A stretch of 64,000 bases of DNA from Tubiluchus corallicola. Its lineage: Eukaryota > Animalia > Priapulida. The notes below the pieces were generated by a model, which did not search any database, was not told the origin of the DNA, and was given only the letters and a program-made list of their open reading frames with translations. Positions 37,296 to 51,700 of this stretch are shown piece after piece. A program made the translations under genes and the position numbers. The DNA lies in assembly GCA_030141605.1 (NCBI GenBank), contig JAQGDQ010000012.1, positions 1,010,359-1,074,358 on the forward strand, written 5' to 3'. How positions within the stretch are numbered: position 1 is the first letter of the stretch; every line of letters starts with the position of its first letter.

Positions 37296-39790
37296 AGTTC
37301 TCACTCGTGTTTGTGGATGAGCTTTGCTGTTGTCACCTTTCTTCGAGGGTAAATTTTGGGTCAAAATTAGGAAGCCATGTGACTTTCAAGTATAATATTT
37401 TAAAGTTGCTTGTTTTATATTTGTGCATGTTGGAATCGAAATTCGGTAACCAGTTTAAAAACTACCTACATTATAGTTGTAACCTTCTGCTAGGTGAGTA
37501 CAAAAGCAACGAACAATACTGTAGAACAATTTATTACATTAAGTATTGCTGAGTCATTAGAGAATCTATCGTTTTGGAATATTTATTGTGGAAGCCTCAC
37601 CCGTGCCACACAGTTAACCTGCAGTATTGAGGGTTATTATCAGAGACATGAAAAGATCATGGTCGGATTCAAGGTCCTTCAACACATCTTGGAAACGTCT
37701 CGTCTCGTATGCCTGTTTTCTGAATATGTATTATACTGATCAGTGATATATACGTTCTTGAATTGTCTTAGCTCCCACTCTACAGCCTCTGACACATGTG
37801 ACATTGCCACACTAAGAAATATTAGGTGCATTATTGATTCAACAATACTTTGATATAATAAATTGCCATGTGGCATATTTTTGTTGTTCTTGAAAATTGC
37901 GTCCTCCTTGCAAAAGGTTATGTTGCGTCCTGCACCTTAATGTTTTTTTTTTGTCGTCTGCTTAGTTTTATATATATTGTTCTGTAGTATGTAGAAATAT
38001 CTATTTTTTATTATGATGTTCTTTTTGCATGATCATTGTGTCTATTTTGCCAATATACTGCCGTACTAGTGCCTTGTGGTACTGCTGCATCTTGCTTGAG
38101 TCGGGATTTTCGCGAACATAAACTAAATTGAATCAAAGTGTTGATTATTTGATATCCCATAATGCTAGTAAAAACTAGGTCATCACTCATCACCCACATG
38201 ACGTCCCTGCTTGGTTGATGACCAGAACGCAAAACGACCAGGCACTGCAAAACGTTAAATGTACGATCGGCCGCCGTTTACAAAAACATAATCTTAGTCA
38301 ATAATAGAAACTCACTTGGGTGGTGACCAGTTCAAAGCTCATGCTGGTATAGGCTGTCACTGTCTTTACTAGTAGTACTAGCTCCTGTGAGAGATTTTGC
38401 TAATCGTTAACCACTCTATGCTTAAGTTATACAGTTTTGAGTGCCTAGTTGTATTAGCTCGTTGTTTTAACAGTTTTCTATCGTGACCTGGCAATTCCTA
38501 ACCTCTCATCAGGTATTAGTAGATCCTTACTGGATTTTTCTATGCCATGTAGAAAACGAAGTGTTTGCAGTATATCACTATTTTCAGTTCTTTTCCTTCT
38601 CAATTCTGAGGATTGGATATTGTGTATCGTAGTAGCATTTTGAAACGAATTTAGCAGCGATGGGACTAAGTCTTGAATGAAAAATGAGCTAGTCCTAACT
38701 GTGATATCAATACTGGGTTTATCAATACTGCATTAATTTCAACTTTTTATAGTTAATTGTTCTGTAGAAGTGTTCTATACTTTTTATCAGCACTGTGTAC
38801 TTTATTATTGAAATTAGCATTTTGCATTTTGTAATGCTGTCTTGTTGTAGTTATACGTGAAATAGCTATTATGCAATATGATTGTTTGCTACTAAGTAGT
38901 AGCACTGTAAATTCAATTCAATTTAATTTCTTTATTTATCTCTTTATAATAATACATGATTAATAAAAGAATTGCTAATAAGTTTTGAAGAATTGTTAAA
39001 ATGAATAGATAGATCTAGAACTAGAGAAAGAATAGTGAAGAGACTATAAAGTCACCTAGTCTGCTATCCTTTGGGCTACTAAACAAAGTAAATGTTTAGA
39101 CGTCAGATCGATCATGCTTGAGTTTTGACTTGGATTTTCACATTTCAGTACAGTTGTTTTTCTTTGTATTGTGAACACTTTCATACTCTGAAAGGAGTTT
39201 ATAAAGTTGAATAAATTCATAAATTTGATATGCCAGAATTAATAAGCGCATTATCAAGCTTGTCTGCAGAAGGAAATTTAAATTCTGAAAATTGGCTGTT
39301 TGGATTTTTTGGCAATATATTAATATCGATCTTGATGATTTAGTTTCTTTACTATCATTTTATAAGGATTTGTAAAATTATTGCCTGGAAGTCACTAAAG
39401 AATACAACGTATTTCACCTGGCACAGTCTAAAAATGTACTGTCCCAACTTCCAGAAAAAAATCATATGTACAAAAATTTAAGGATATTGTTTTTGCAAAA
39501 GTTATTGAAACTGAACAGAAAATCGTATGTACGTGATGTAATTTATTGTTCATTTATTTACGATTTTGCTTTTAACAAATCGTAACTAGCAGTTTGTAAT
39601 TGTACTTAAGATATGTTAGAAAACAAACAGAATCAATAGAGAGGACATTCTTGAATTCTTGTGTTGGTATACCTATTCTATTTCTCATCTGTTGTAAACG
39701 ACTTTTTGAGATTCAAGACTGTCAATTTTGCACTTTAGATACTGGTATTTATTTCAAAAATCAATTTTTGTAGGCTCAGGAACTGATCTC

Positions 39791-42700
39791 ATGGCATCGA
39801 GGAGCGGAGTACTCTTGTTCTATATCAATGGGCAGAAAGTATGAATACAATTATGCAACTTATTGATTAGTAATTATTGATTATTTTTGAAGTTCTCATG
39901 TTGTTGTTTCATTTGTAAGTTTTTATCTTTGAAAAATAAGTGGGTGGTGTTTTGATTTGAGGCTTGACCTGAGATAATAAAAATACAGCCCTTTGGGTCA
40001 GAATTTCGAATCATTTGTTATCCAAACAGTCGAGAAAAAATGATTTAAATAATCGAATAATCAGCCCTGCGATACTTTCCTTCCACACTCATTGTGGTAG
40101 TCTACACTTAAGAAACAGGTATAAAAAAGACAGTGCAGCTGTTATTGTATCGCTGTGTATGCTAATTGTTGAGCTGAGATGATTTACACACACCCACTGC
40201 TCTTGTCTGTGTTGAACTATGTTAATTCTTGAGCCATGACTCCCTGCTGATTTGGAAAGATAATTTTACCTCTAGCTACCTTCTTGTAGTGTAGTGCACT
40301 GAAGCGCTAACTACTGCATTATAAATTTGAAATGAGCTGTAGATGGCTAACTTAGAGCTTGCTGAATTTTGATAATTTAATTCGTTCTTTGCAAAATGAA
40401 CATTCTACGGTGTTTGAATGAACCTTTTCAAAATGTTACCATATTTTAAACTCTTTGATATCAGAAGGAAGACTAACTTAAGTATCCATGTGCAGTATAC
40501 CTAACTTCCATGTGAATTGCCCAGCCCAATGAGCTGAAAGTGGAATGATTGTTATTCTGACACATACGGTGACAAAGATGGCAGATTGTTTTATGGGGAC
40601 TGTCTCAGTGTGCAGCGCACCCTGGAGTGATGATCACCAGGGCCAGCATCGTGTGTGATTTTATTGTTGTCATTGGCTTCTAGTCTTAGTTGTTTGATTA
40701 AGAGTTTGGCTCAGTTGATATGTATGTTGTTGTCACCTTTCTGTAATGTCTCGTTACTCTTTGTGATAATTTGTGTATTGATTCGTCTTGGCTGCATTAA
40801 CTTGTTTCGAACCTGTCTGAGTCACTTATTTTGTGTATGAGCTGTGTGTTTTGAAGTTTGAAGTCAGTTGTCTGTCTCATAATATATCTGGAGTCTTTAA
40901 TACTATGTTATAGTTTATATTTGTTTATCTAGTCCTTTGTTGTAGGTAAATATGTAGTCAACTAGTATTTTGGTGTTTTTGGCTTTTTCCAATTTGATTT
41001 GTCTTTGTGTATAAATTCTGGGTTTTACTAATGCTTAAAGGAAAACAGGACCCGGTCTTAAACTATAGCACAAAACAATCTAATCTATAAAATGCGGGAA
41101 AGGAACATACTTTTTTTAAGTGAGACTTAAGTGAAAGAATTATTGCAGTAGAAAATTAATTTTGCAGTCCATTGGCTAGTTCCTTGCTCGCGTTTAGCCA
41201 TTCACCAGTTAGAGAGACACTAGCATCTGTATCTTGGAAACGTTACACAGAAAACAGGTGCAGCACCTTTCATTTCAAATGTGTTCAATTGTGATATGAT
41301 GCAAATGTTCAAGAGTTCATGCATGAACACAGGGATTCGATAAGCTTTTGTAAATGTCGTACAGGTAGCACTACTTCATTTTCGCTTTCACAAAAAAAAA
41401 TCAATATGCTTGTGAAACAATGTGCTTACAAGTTATTACGGCTTGATGATAGGATAATCGAACAGTATTTTATTATTCAAATTGTAGTGAACATTCAGAA
41501 CTTTGAATAATCAATTATTCATGCACGTCCCTGGTAGCTATTTCTTTTAAGTCTCACAATTTGCGTTTGCTATGGTGCACTTTCAACTGTTATGAAATTT
41601 GTGAACTGATGAAGCCCCAGTGGCATTTTTCATATTTAATGATTTTAGTTAATATGATATTTTTCAGGTAGAAGATGACAATATCAATCCATCAATTACT
41701 TTGCTGCAATATATCAGGCAAAAGTGTATCCAAAAAATAGCATATTTTAGGACATTTGTTTGTTGAAAATATTTGAGAGTGTGGACTGGGGAGTGCACAC
41801 ATCATTTGCAAATGTTTACTATTACAAAAAAAAAATTTCTTAACACTGAAAAATGTATGTAAATGTTTGAAATTTCATTCTTAGTTTGCTATGGCCATAT
41901 AGACGTTTTGGTTTGCTTGTTTATACTTGTTTAAATTAGAACTTATGCGTTTGCTTGAGATGTTCTGAGTTCTCAGCTGATTAGACGTGATTTTGTTTGA
42001 ATTTTCCTTAACTGTATCTCAGTACACCTGCGGGGAACAAAAGAAGGATGTGGTACTGGAGGATGTGGAGCATGTACTGTCATGTTGTCATGGTGTGAAC
42101 GTGGATCAGCTAAGAAAATTCATCATTGTGCTATCAATGCTTGTCTTACTCCAATATGTTTAGTACATGGTAAGGCAGTTACTACTACAGAAGGAATAGG
42201 AAGTACTAAAACTGCTCTGCATCCTGTGCAGGTATTACTTTCTTATATTTAATATTTGTTCTGTTTATCTTAATTTATTTTATTTTATTGCAGGTCGACA
42301 TTAGCAAAGTGCAACAGTAACTTTGTTAATGCTGGATTTTTGCTATTAAACAATGTTGGGAACCTTCATATCATTTAAAATAAATCAGCAATTAAAAGAA
42401 AACTTCAAAAATTTTTATAAATCTGTAGTTTGACAGGCCGATAGGAATAATTATAATTAGATATTTACCACAGAAAGCATTGGCTATTTAATTCCTGACT
42501 CTTGAAGAAAATCAAATTATGAGTGGCAAGGGTATGTAGTACGACATAATTGTCCTTCTAATTAGAAATAGTATTTTCACACACTAACAAAACTGCAATT
42601 TTTTAAAGACATTTAACGAGATTAGGACAACTGCTATTATATATTGCATTAATTATGTTAGCAGTGATTATACTGAGGTTTTAGATTTTAACTTTTGTCA

Positions 42701-45700
42701 ACTTTTGTTTTAAACACTGTGTAACATTAAACATATGTGATCACTGCTTTACTTTGATAGGCCTATATGTCAGTGTTACACTACCTTCATTTACAGCATT
42801 TCACTGAATAAAAAAAAATATTAAATCATAAACTTTGATTAACAGGAAAGGATAGCAAAAGCTCATGGTACGCAATGCGGGTTCTGTACCCCAGGTTTTG
42901 TCATGTCAATGTATGCCTTATTACGAAGCAATCCTCAGCCTTCCATGGAAAATTTTCTTGCTAATTTCCAAGGAAATCTTTGTCGATGTACAGGCTATAG
43001 ACCAATTCTTGATGGATTGAAGACCTTCACAAAAGAATTTCAGTGTTGTCAGTCAGGAAATTGCCCTGGAAAAGATGCTGGTTGTTGTGGAGGCACTCCT
43101 GTGCATAGTGAAAGTGAAGCGTACACTGAGGTATTATAATGAAAAGTTTATTGCCTTATTTGCCATTGCTTTTATAAATAGGTTAATTAATATCAAATTA
43201 CAATGACAAACCCCACACGCTCCTGTGTCTGAATTAGTCACTATTAGAGATATCAAACTGCCATCAATTCGTTGTTAGTAAGCAAGTTATTGTCTTTTTT
43301 TAATTCACCTGTTTTTGTCCTCCTTCTTTATTGAGTAGTGCTAATTGATTAACTTATTTTGGTCTTAACGTAGTAATTAGCTTATCTATCTATACTAGAG
43401 TCTAAGTAGTGACTAGCTAATTTTGTAGAAGCATTGTTATAAGAGTTAGCTTTCATTTTCAGATCTGTTTTTTTTAATTCGTCGACATAACTATAGGATG
43501 AATGGGTACTCACACATACTTTGCATGAATATCTAGTGGCTGCCTGGCTTCACTACCTGCTCTGAGAAGTTTTATTTGTTGTACTAATCATGACTCTTTG
43601 TCTCGTTGAGGGAGGACGTATGTACAGCAAATAAGTATATGTTATAAAGCAAGTTCTGTCTTTTTTTCTAATTTTTCTAAAAAACACATAACTCGCTTAT
43701 TAACACATGCTTATTTACTGTATATACACCATAGTGTGGCTACGACACCTGCCTGTTCAGTTTGGCTCTTCTGGAAAGGACTTTCATTGTAATGAGTCAG
43801 GCTGTGGTCACGCCTTAAATATCACTCTGAGAAGACCCTGCTATCGAATGTTTGCAGCGTGCTGAAGTGGATAAAAAAGTGCCAGACTACCGCAGTTCTG
43901 AATAAACAGTCAAAATTTCAGATTTTTTAAATTGGATTTAACGTGTTGCTTTTGGATGCAGAATAATTTAAAATCTCACGATTGATGAAAAATTAAAGTT
44001 CCTACCTGAAGTAACTTGTTAGTTGAAATTAATATTAGCTTAACGCGAATTGTGAGGTTTGTCATTGATCCTCTTCACAGGGGCCATCACATTGTTTAAT
44101 ATAATTGCTTGTTCTGATTACTTTACGCTGTTGCACAATGGTTAAATTTTCAGATTGAATCAAGTTTGACTCAAGTTGACACCAGTGCATATGATCCCAC
44201 CCAAGAGCCAATATTTCCTCCACAATTACAGGTATGATTTCTACAGTATCAAGTGTTTGCTTGTTCACTTAGAACATACTTTTTTAAAAACTATATCATG
44301 TATTTCCATTTCCTTGCACAGTTTATTAATGAGAGATACCACTTGCTTAGTAGAATAAAATTTTGCTTAGTATTTATTATACTGTCTCTGTGCCATGGAG
44401 CTCACCACACTGTAAGCATTTTTCAAATACTCCAATTTTGATTCGCAGAAGTTCGAGAAAATGCATTGATGTTCGTGATATAAATATTCATAATATTTAT
44501 TACATTTTACAGATTTTGCCACATTAATACTAATAAAGTGCATAACAAGATCATTAGCACTGATCATTTATTAAAAAACAGCTTTGCAAGGATGTGCGCC
44601 TTTAAAACAGCGCTTAAGGCATTTTTAAAGTTAGGCTCAAATCATAACTTTGTCCTCACCTATTGTACCTACTTCAATACGTCATATGCAGCTTGGTTAA
44701 TTTTCTGTATTCTGATTATTTCTGCTTTTTAAATGTGATCGGTTGCCTTGTATCGCTCAAACAATGCACTGTCAAACAGTGATCTTCTTTATGTTTTCCA
44801 ACAGATAAAATTATAAGAGAATAGTGGATTCTTAGGTGTGCTTGTCAGATTCACAAAAAAAATTGGACAACAAGGCAGCATGACATAGTTTGTTTCCTAC
44901 ACTTTACTGGTAACGGTTTTGAGCCTGAGTATACCATGGGCTCCGTGGGTATACTATCTGGGTTAATGTTCTGTCTCATTATGATTGCACATTGTAAAAT
45001 TTTTACATTGAAGTAATGGTGGAAAATTCGAGAGTAATATTTCAAAATTTGGAGGGAGATGTTACCATTAAAACTGGGAGTATCCCAATTAAATCAGGAG
45101 CAATGGAATGCCTTAGTCCTAACCTAGGCTAAATATAGTTTTTACGAAATTTGACCAGAAAGGTTAATTATTACCTGTATTACTGTGCATGTATTAACAC
45201 AGAAAATTGTGGCTAATCACTTATTTGCAGCATGATTTGATTTGTGAGAGTATTCGGCACACTACTGTTCATACTGCTTAATGAAACACTCTCAGTTTCC
45301 ATACACCTACAGTTTAGTAAGCAAATTGACCTTATTTGATATATTTCAAGATTATTTTTGGCCATCTATGATGTGTTGTCTGCTGTAATTTGTGTAAATT
45401 CAGTGAGAAACATTCTGATCAGTACAGTAGCATCTTATTGGTGCTTTACCACATGCATGTCTACATTTTTAAATGCACATTAGATACCAGTGACAATACC
45501 AAAACTAATATAGCTTATTTTTACTTGTGCAAAGTTTTTCCTTAGTTTTTAGATATGGTATGATTATCAGCAATATCTAAACTAGATTATGACACCTAAT
45601 CATATTTTGCATTCAGTACGGCTTTAACCATTACTAAGCTAAGCAAGTTTATTCTGGAAATTCTGGAAGCATACTTGTTATGATGATTTACATATTTGTT

Positions 45701-48700
45701 AATTTGTTTTCTTGTTTAGCTGCAGGATGGTGGTCAACAGACCACAACGTTTTATGGTAAACTTTTGACCTGGGTACGACCTGGCACATTGCAGGAAGCT
45801 TTAAAGGCAAAACAGGAGCATCCTAGTGCAATTTTAGTTGCTGGAAATACAAGCATTGGTGTGTGTTTTTATGTTGTGACTATGTTTAATTTTGCTTGAT
45901 TATTAATTAAACTTGAAATTTTTATTCTTGTAACCGTTTTATTAACAGTCTTTACGTACTGTTCGCAGTATCAAAATTACAATTTCAAGTGCTGTCATTA
46001 TCTTAAAATTACATGGTTACAGTCTCTATATTTATACACTATAGCTTTGTATGGGGGGATTGGAAAGTAACATTTAAGATAAACTTTTAAGAATTCTTCT
46101 GTATTGATAACATTGGCTATTAGATAGTTTTTTTATGATCTTGAGCTCTTAGGCTATGTGTAATTGTAAGAACAAACAGGGTAAAATAATTTGGTATGTT
46201 AATTCAAAATACTAGTGCAGTGGTTCCCAACCTTTTGTTGATGGCGGCTCCTTTCCAGAACCCTGCATCATATCGTGACCCCACGAAAAACATAATCACA
46301 TGTTATACTATTAAAATTGTTATCATTTACATTTATTAATTTTAACTGACTATTAATAAATTATTGTACAATGAGTGATTGTTTCATTAATTCATTAATG
46401 TGATGGTTGCACCTGTTTCTCAGCTACTAGTAATGCAACAGCAATAGGTATCCAAGGTAAATTGAATAGTGACTCGCTTTCAGGCGGTGTACACTGTACA
46501 CAAGTGTACAGCGTGGAACAACGAGCGTTGTCATTTTCCCGGAAAATCAAGCACTGCTGTATTACAGCGGGAAAACCCAGTTTCACTTTCCAGAACAGAA
46601 TGATGTAATGAGAGACTGAGGAAACAAAATCTACTTACATACTTTTCATGAAAACAGCATTTTTAAAAAATAGTTTTTAGTTAGTTCGCAACACCACGAA
46701 ATATGCTTGGTGACCCCAACTGAGGTCGCGACCCCAAGGTTGGGAACCCATGTACTAGTGAATGTGATTTTACTGTAATAATTGACATACTGTGACCTGT
46801 TTTTAAATTTATTTATTTTCTGTTTATTTGATCCTACTTGAAAAATACCAACTTATGATTGAGTATTGATATGCTTCACTTTGTTGTGTTTAGGCTTTTT
46901 TCTGAAAAATCTTTCTGTTCCAAAGACAGTGATAGCCATTGGACACTTACCCGAATTGCTGGGCTCCGAGTGTACTGAGTCTGGACTTGTCGTAGGAGCT
47001 GGCATTACCATGACAACACTAGAAGAAATATTGAAGGAATTGGTTAACAAGTTTTCAGGTGCAAATCAAATTGAATATGTTTTCCTACTTCAGATTTGTA
47101 CACCGGTTATAGTATTTTAACGAAACCTTTGCCTTTTAAGATTTTGCTTTAAAATCACTGATAAATAATTTGTTGAACATTTTTTTACTGTAGTGAGCAG
47201 TTTGATGAAGTTTGGTGAAAAGATCAGACAGATACTGAAACTGTGTTTTTATCCCTTTATAAAGACAAAAACGCACTGCAACTAGACTATAGCAAAAAGT
47301 GGCTATTGGGTATTTCATGCTGTAAGGTGTTTAGTGATAACCAATGAGAAATTTACATGCTAGGGATTTTTTTACAAGAAGATTGTATCCACTGATTCTG
47401 TAGTTATATTATGTTTACAGATGATAAAATTAAGCTTCTCAATGCAGTTTTAACTACATTGCGTTGGTTTGCTGGACCTCAAATCAGGAATGTTGCAGTA
47501 AGTTTGCAGGATGTTTTTATATCGTCTGTCTTTTTAAACTGAAAAATGTGGTAGTATAAAATATTTGTACTTTGATATTCTAAAGATTGTGAAGGTACTT
47601 TAATTTTCGAGTGATTCAAGTAAAAAATTTTTCTTAAGATAGTGAACAGAACCCGCCTTATTTTTTATTCTAAATTCTATATCCATTGTCATTTTTGTGG
47701 TGTTGTATTTTTCCTTTTAATATTTAAATTCATTCACATCTGTTTGAGACTCGACGCACTGATTACCAGCTAAGCAAATTAGGAAAATTGCTGGAGATGG
47801 TTACCCTGTTTGTTTTTTCTGAAGACTCTCGGTGGCAGCATAGCTGCTGCCGGCTCAAAGGCAGACTTGAATGCATTGTGGACTGTTGCTGATGTCACCA
47901 TAGATGTTTTGAACAAAAATGGGCATAAACGGACGATCAGTGTTGACAACTCATTTTTTGTTGGAAGAAGCAAGACCGTTCTGGCACCAGACGACATCAT
48001 TGTTTCGCTTTATTTGCCATTTTCTACAAAGGTATAATGTACATATGTGGAACAAAAAACATTTCTTTACTAATAGGTAGTTTTACTTACTGAATTTGTT
48101 TTGTTTTGTCGCGTTCACATCCAGTACACTAATAACGCTCAAACTATTAGCAAGCTTGAAACTTTGTATACAGTTTAAGTGTTATCATTTTGTTACAGCC
48201 TAAGGCTTAGTTGATTATTTGTTGATTTTGCTTTGTGCTTTTTGCATTTTTAATGACATTAGTGCATTCGTGTAACAGTTTGTCAATGAAAATTTAGCTT
48301 TATTTTATATGTGAACAATACCTAATGTTGCTTTTAGTAGGGAAGATTTTGGCAGCTTTTTAGCTGTCACGGAGTTTTAAAAAGAATAAGCATGTTTCTT
48401 TTTCAGAATGACTTTTTTTATGTGTATAAGCAATCGCATCGTAGAGAGTTTGATCTCGCAATCGTAATAGGAGCTTTCAGACTGGTTTATGATTTTTCAT
48501 CTAATACAGTAAAAGATATTCGGCTGAGCTATGGTGGCATTGGTTCTACGACTGTCTCAGCTAACCATACTGCACGAGCACTTATTGGAATGTAAGTTGC
48601 CCTTAAAATTATTAGAAAGGTTTTTTGTGATTCATTAACTTCATTCGAAAATTCATTCATGTGTCTTTATTGTTTTTGATATATAATAATGAAGATGCTA

Positions 48701-51700
48701 GTTGTGATAGCTAAATTAATATATGAGTCTAGAAAAATAGAGAGAAAACATTTTTTCTGTTTGCCACAATTTTGAAATACAAATTGATAATTGTTATAAA
48801 AAAAAATTTCACTTTACATGCTTTGAATAACACAAATGAAAGCTCTCAAATAACAGGATTCGTTGGAATGCTGAATCAACAATCAGTAATTAAAAATAGT
48901 TCTTGCATATGTCTTTAATAGCTATTTTGACTGTTTTATTATTTTTTTTCAAAAGGCTGTTAATATTGGATTGTCTTGAATGTAAATTCTTTGAAATTGT
49001 TCAGCTGTGTCATCATTTCTATGTATTTTCTTAGGACTTGGAATGAAGAAATGTTGGAGACTGCCTGCAACTTGCTTGCTGAAGAACTGAAAGTGCCTGC
49101 AGATGATCCGGGTGGATTAGTTCAGTACCGGAACATGCTGATATCCAGTCTATTTTTCAAGTTCTACTTGTTTGTACTAGATGAAATGAATGGAAAAAAC
49201 GTATGGCTTTTATAATGTTTACATTTCTGTGAACCACTAATCTATCCACGATTGCTTGATTTATTGCCCAATGTACCCTTTTACAACTAGTAAAAGCATT
49301 TTTCTGAATTTTTATCCACCTGTGAATATGGTACATTAGATTGATGTAATTTTGTGCTCTAATTGTTTTTGTATGTTATTTTTGTGTGTTATACATATTT
49401 TGCATGTTAGAAGTCAGATGAGCATGCAAGTGCTAAACTTGAAAGAGCAATGCCTAAGACCTCTCAAGTATTTGAAGTTGTAAAAGCCACTCAACCAGAA
49501 CAAGATCCCATTGGACGTCCTTTGGTTCATTTTTCTGCACTAGAACATGCAACTGGAGAGGCTGTGTATTGTGATGATACAAGATTGCTAGAAGGTATGT
49601 ACACTATGTAACCATCTTCTAAATGTGCATTTTTTGCTTACCAAATATTGTTTGGTACGTGATACACAATACACAAACGGAACGAACGAGATTTTAAATG
49701 TTGTCAATATGAAACGAAAGAAAATATGAAAAATAATGACTACATGGAAGCCAGCAGGGACAAAAATTTATCAATTTATCATAGTTTTCTAAATAGCTTG
49801 AAACTTGAATAATTTTTCTACCGATGCTGCCAACTGAAGGACGCCATAATTTAAATCTACCATGTGGGAAATGTAGCCCCATATTATGAAACCAGACATA
49901 CACATTTAGTCATACATTTCTGCATATACAGCGCGTCATAATCAGCAGTCAGCTTTGGCTGTGTACTGATCGAATCAACAGTCATGTCAGCACGAATGAA
50001 ATGCGTGAATTATGAAAAGCACTTTAAATTTCCTTCTGTGAAATTGGTTACAAACAGCGATGTGCATCGCCGATGTGAAAAAATAAAATATTCCATTACC
50101 AAAAAGGGTAATATATTAAAACATTTTAAACAGCTCGCCAAAGTGTGGTAAGAAAAGCAGACTCTCTCAATTGCTTCAGAGACAAATTAGTGCCACTGCA
50201 ACTGAAGGCTAAAAAGCCATTCAAAAATTCTAAATTATACACAGATTCCATGGAGATTAAGCTATGAGCTAAGGTTTTTTACCTGTGTAACTAATATAGC
50301 GTTTCCTCTGTTTCTCCTATAATTAACTAGTATTAGTTTGTTGCTTTGGGAATTTGTATTTGCTGAGTACTTTCTAATACATTGTGTTACTCGTAGACTT
50401 TCTTTGTCTCTTAAATTTACAAAATTTTGCATTGTAAAATAAAGGCGGTAAGGGAGTTAATTCATAATTTTTTCATTGTTTTTTTTTTACTTATTTAAGT
50501 CTATGAAAGTAGATGTAGATACATGAAGAAGCAAAGTAGATGATGATGATACATGCATGTAGATGATACATAAGTAGATGTAGATTAAAGGTTGATGAGA
50601 AAAGAGTGGATGTTACAAACACTGATTGGATTTAGACAATTTTAGACTGTTACTTGACATGTTTGTAATTAATGAAAATTAATTAATTAATTACTTAGTT
50701 ATTGTAATTAAATTTTAGAACATGTTTAACTTTTTCATTAGTATACTGTGATTTTACAAGGTATTTTTTATTACATGTTCATCAGACGAAGTTCATCTTG
50801 TTGTTGTTACATCAAAAAAAGCGCACGCAAAGATCTGTTCTGTTGACACATCCGATGCTCTGCTTGTTGATGGTGTTGTAGCATACATTGATCACAAGGA
50901 TGTTCCTGGACAAAATCTAGTAGGTCCTGGTTCAGATGAACCAGTGTTTGCTGAAGGTGAAGTCAATTACTATGGTCAAATTGTTGGAGCTATAGCTGCA
51001 AAAACTAGAGAAGCAGCTCGTCAGGCTGCAAAGTTGGTGAAGATTCAGTATGAAGAGTTACCAGTTGTTCTCACTATTCAAGTAAGTTTTCTGTTTGGTT
51101 GATTGGTTGACTGATTGGTGGTTTGTTAGTTGGTTAGCTTTTTTGCATAACGTATGCACATTCACAACATGAAACTTGTTCTCTATTTTGATTCAAAATT
51201 TTTTTCAAAAGAACTATGTTCCATCACTTGAAAATTGTGTTTAACAATGACTATGCCATTGCTTGCTAAGAAGTGTCTCCCTTAACTTTCAAAACTTAGT
51301 TTTTTCATTTCGAATTAATGTTGAGTTTTGCTTTGCTCTTTTCAATATGAAGCACATATAAGAACTTTAAAAACTATTGTTCTTTTTTTCACTTAATATT
51401 ACTGTTAGCAAATGCTAATTTTCTACCAGGCTCAACATTCATGTGCAATGGTTTGGGTGTAGCTCAAATGTTTAATCTGTGCACTGTAAATGAGAATTAG
51501 AAGCTATCGGACAAATTAGTGAAACTTCAGTGTTGTGCAGTGATGTTACATCCATGATTTTTGTAACATCAAGTTTTATAACGTGTTCTGTGAATCAGTA
51601 ACATAAACTGAGAAAGCAATGTGATGATTGTAACTTAGAAAAAAAGGCCCCATTGGCCCACTTTTTAAGAGCAAAATTTTGCATTTTGTTTCTACTGTTT

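Noticed and set aside
39985-41535. Possible decayed hAT/BED-finger element in intron 1 of C
   Set aside because: Only weak terminal CGAATAAT repeats and a doubtful BED-like fragment; no TIR pair or target duplication could be established.
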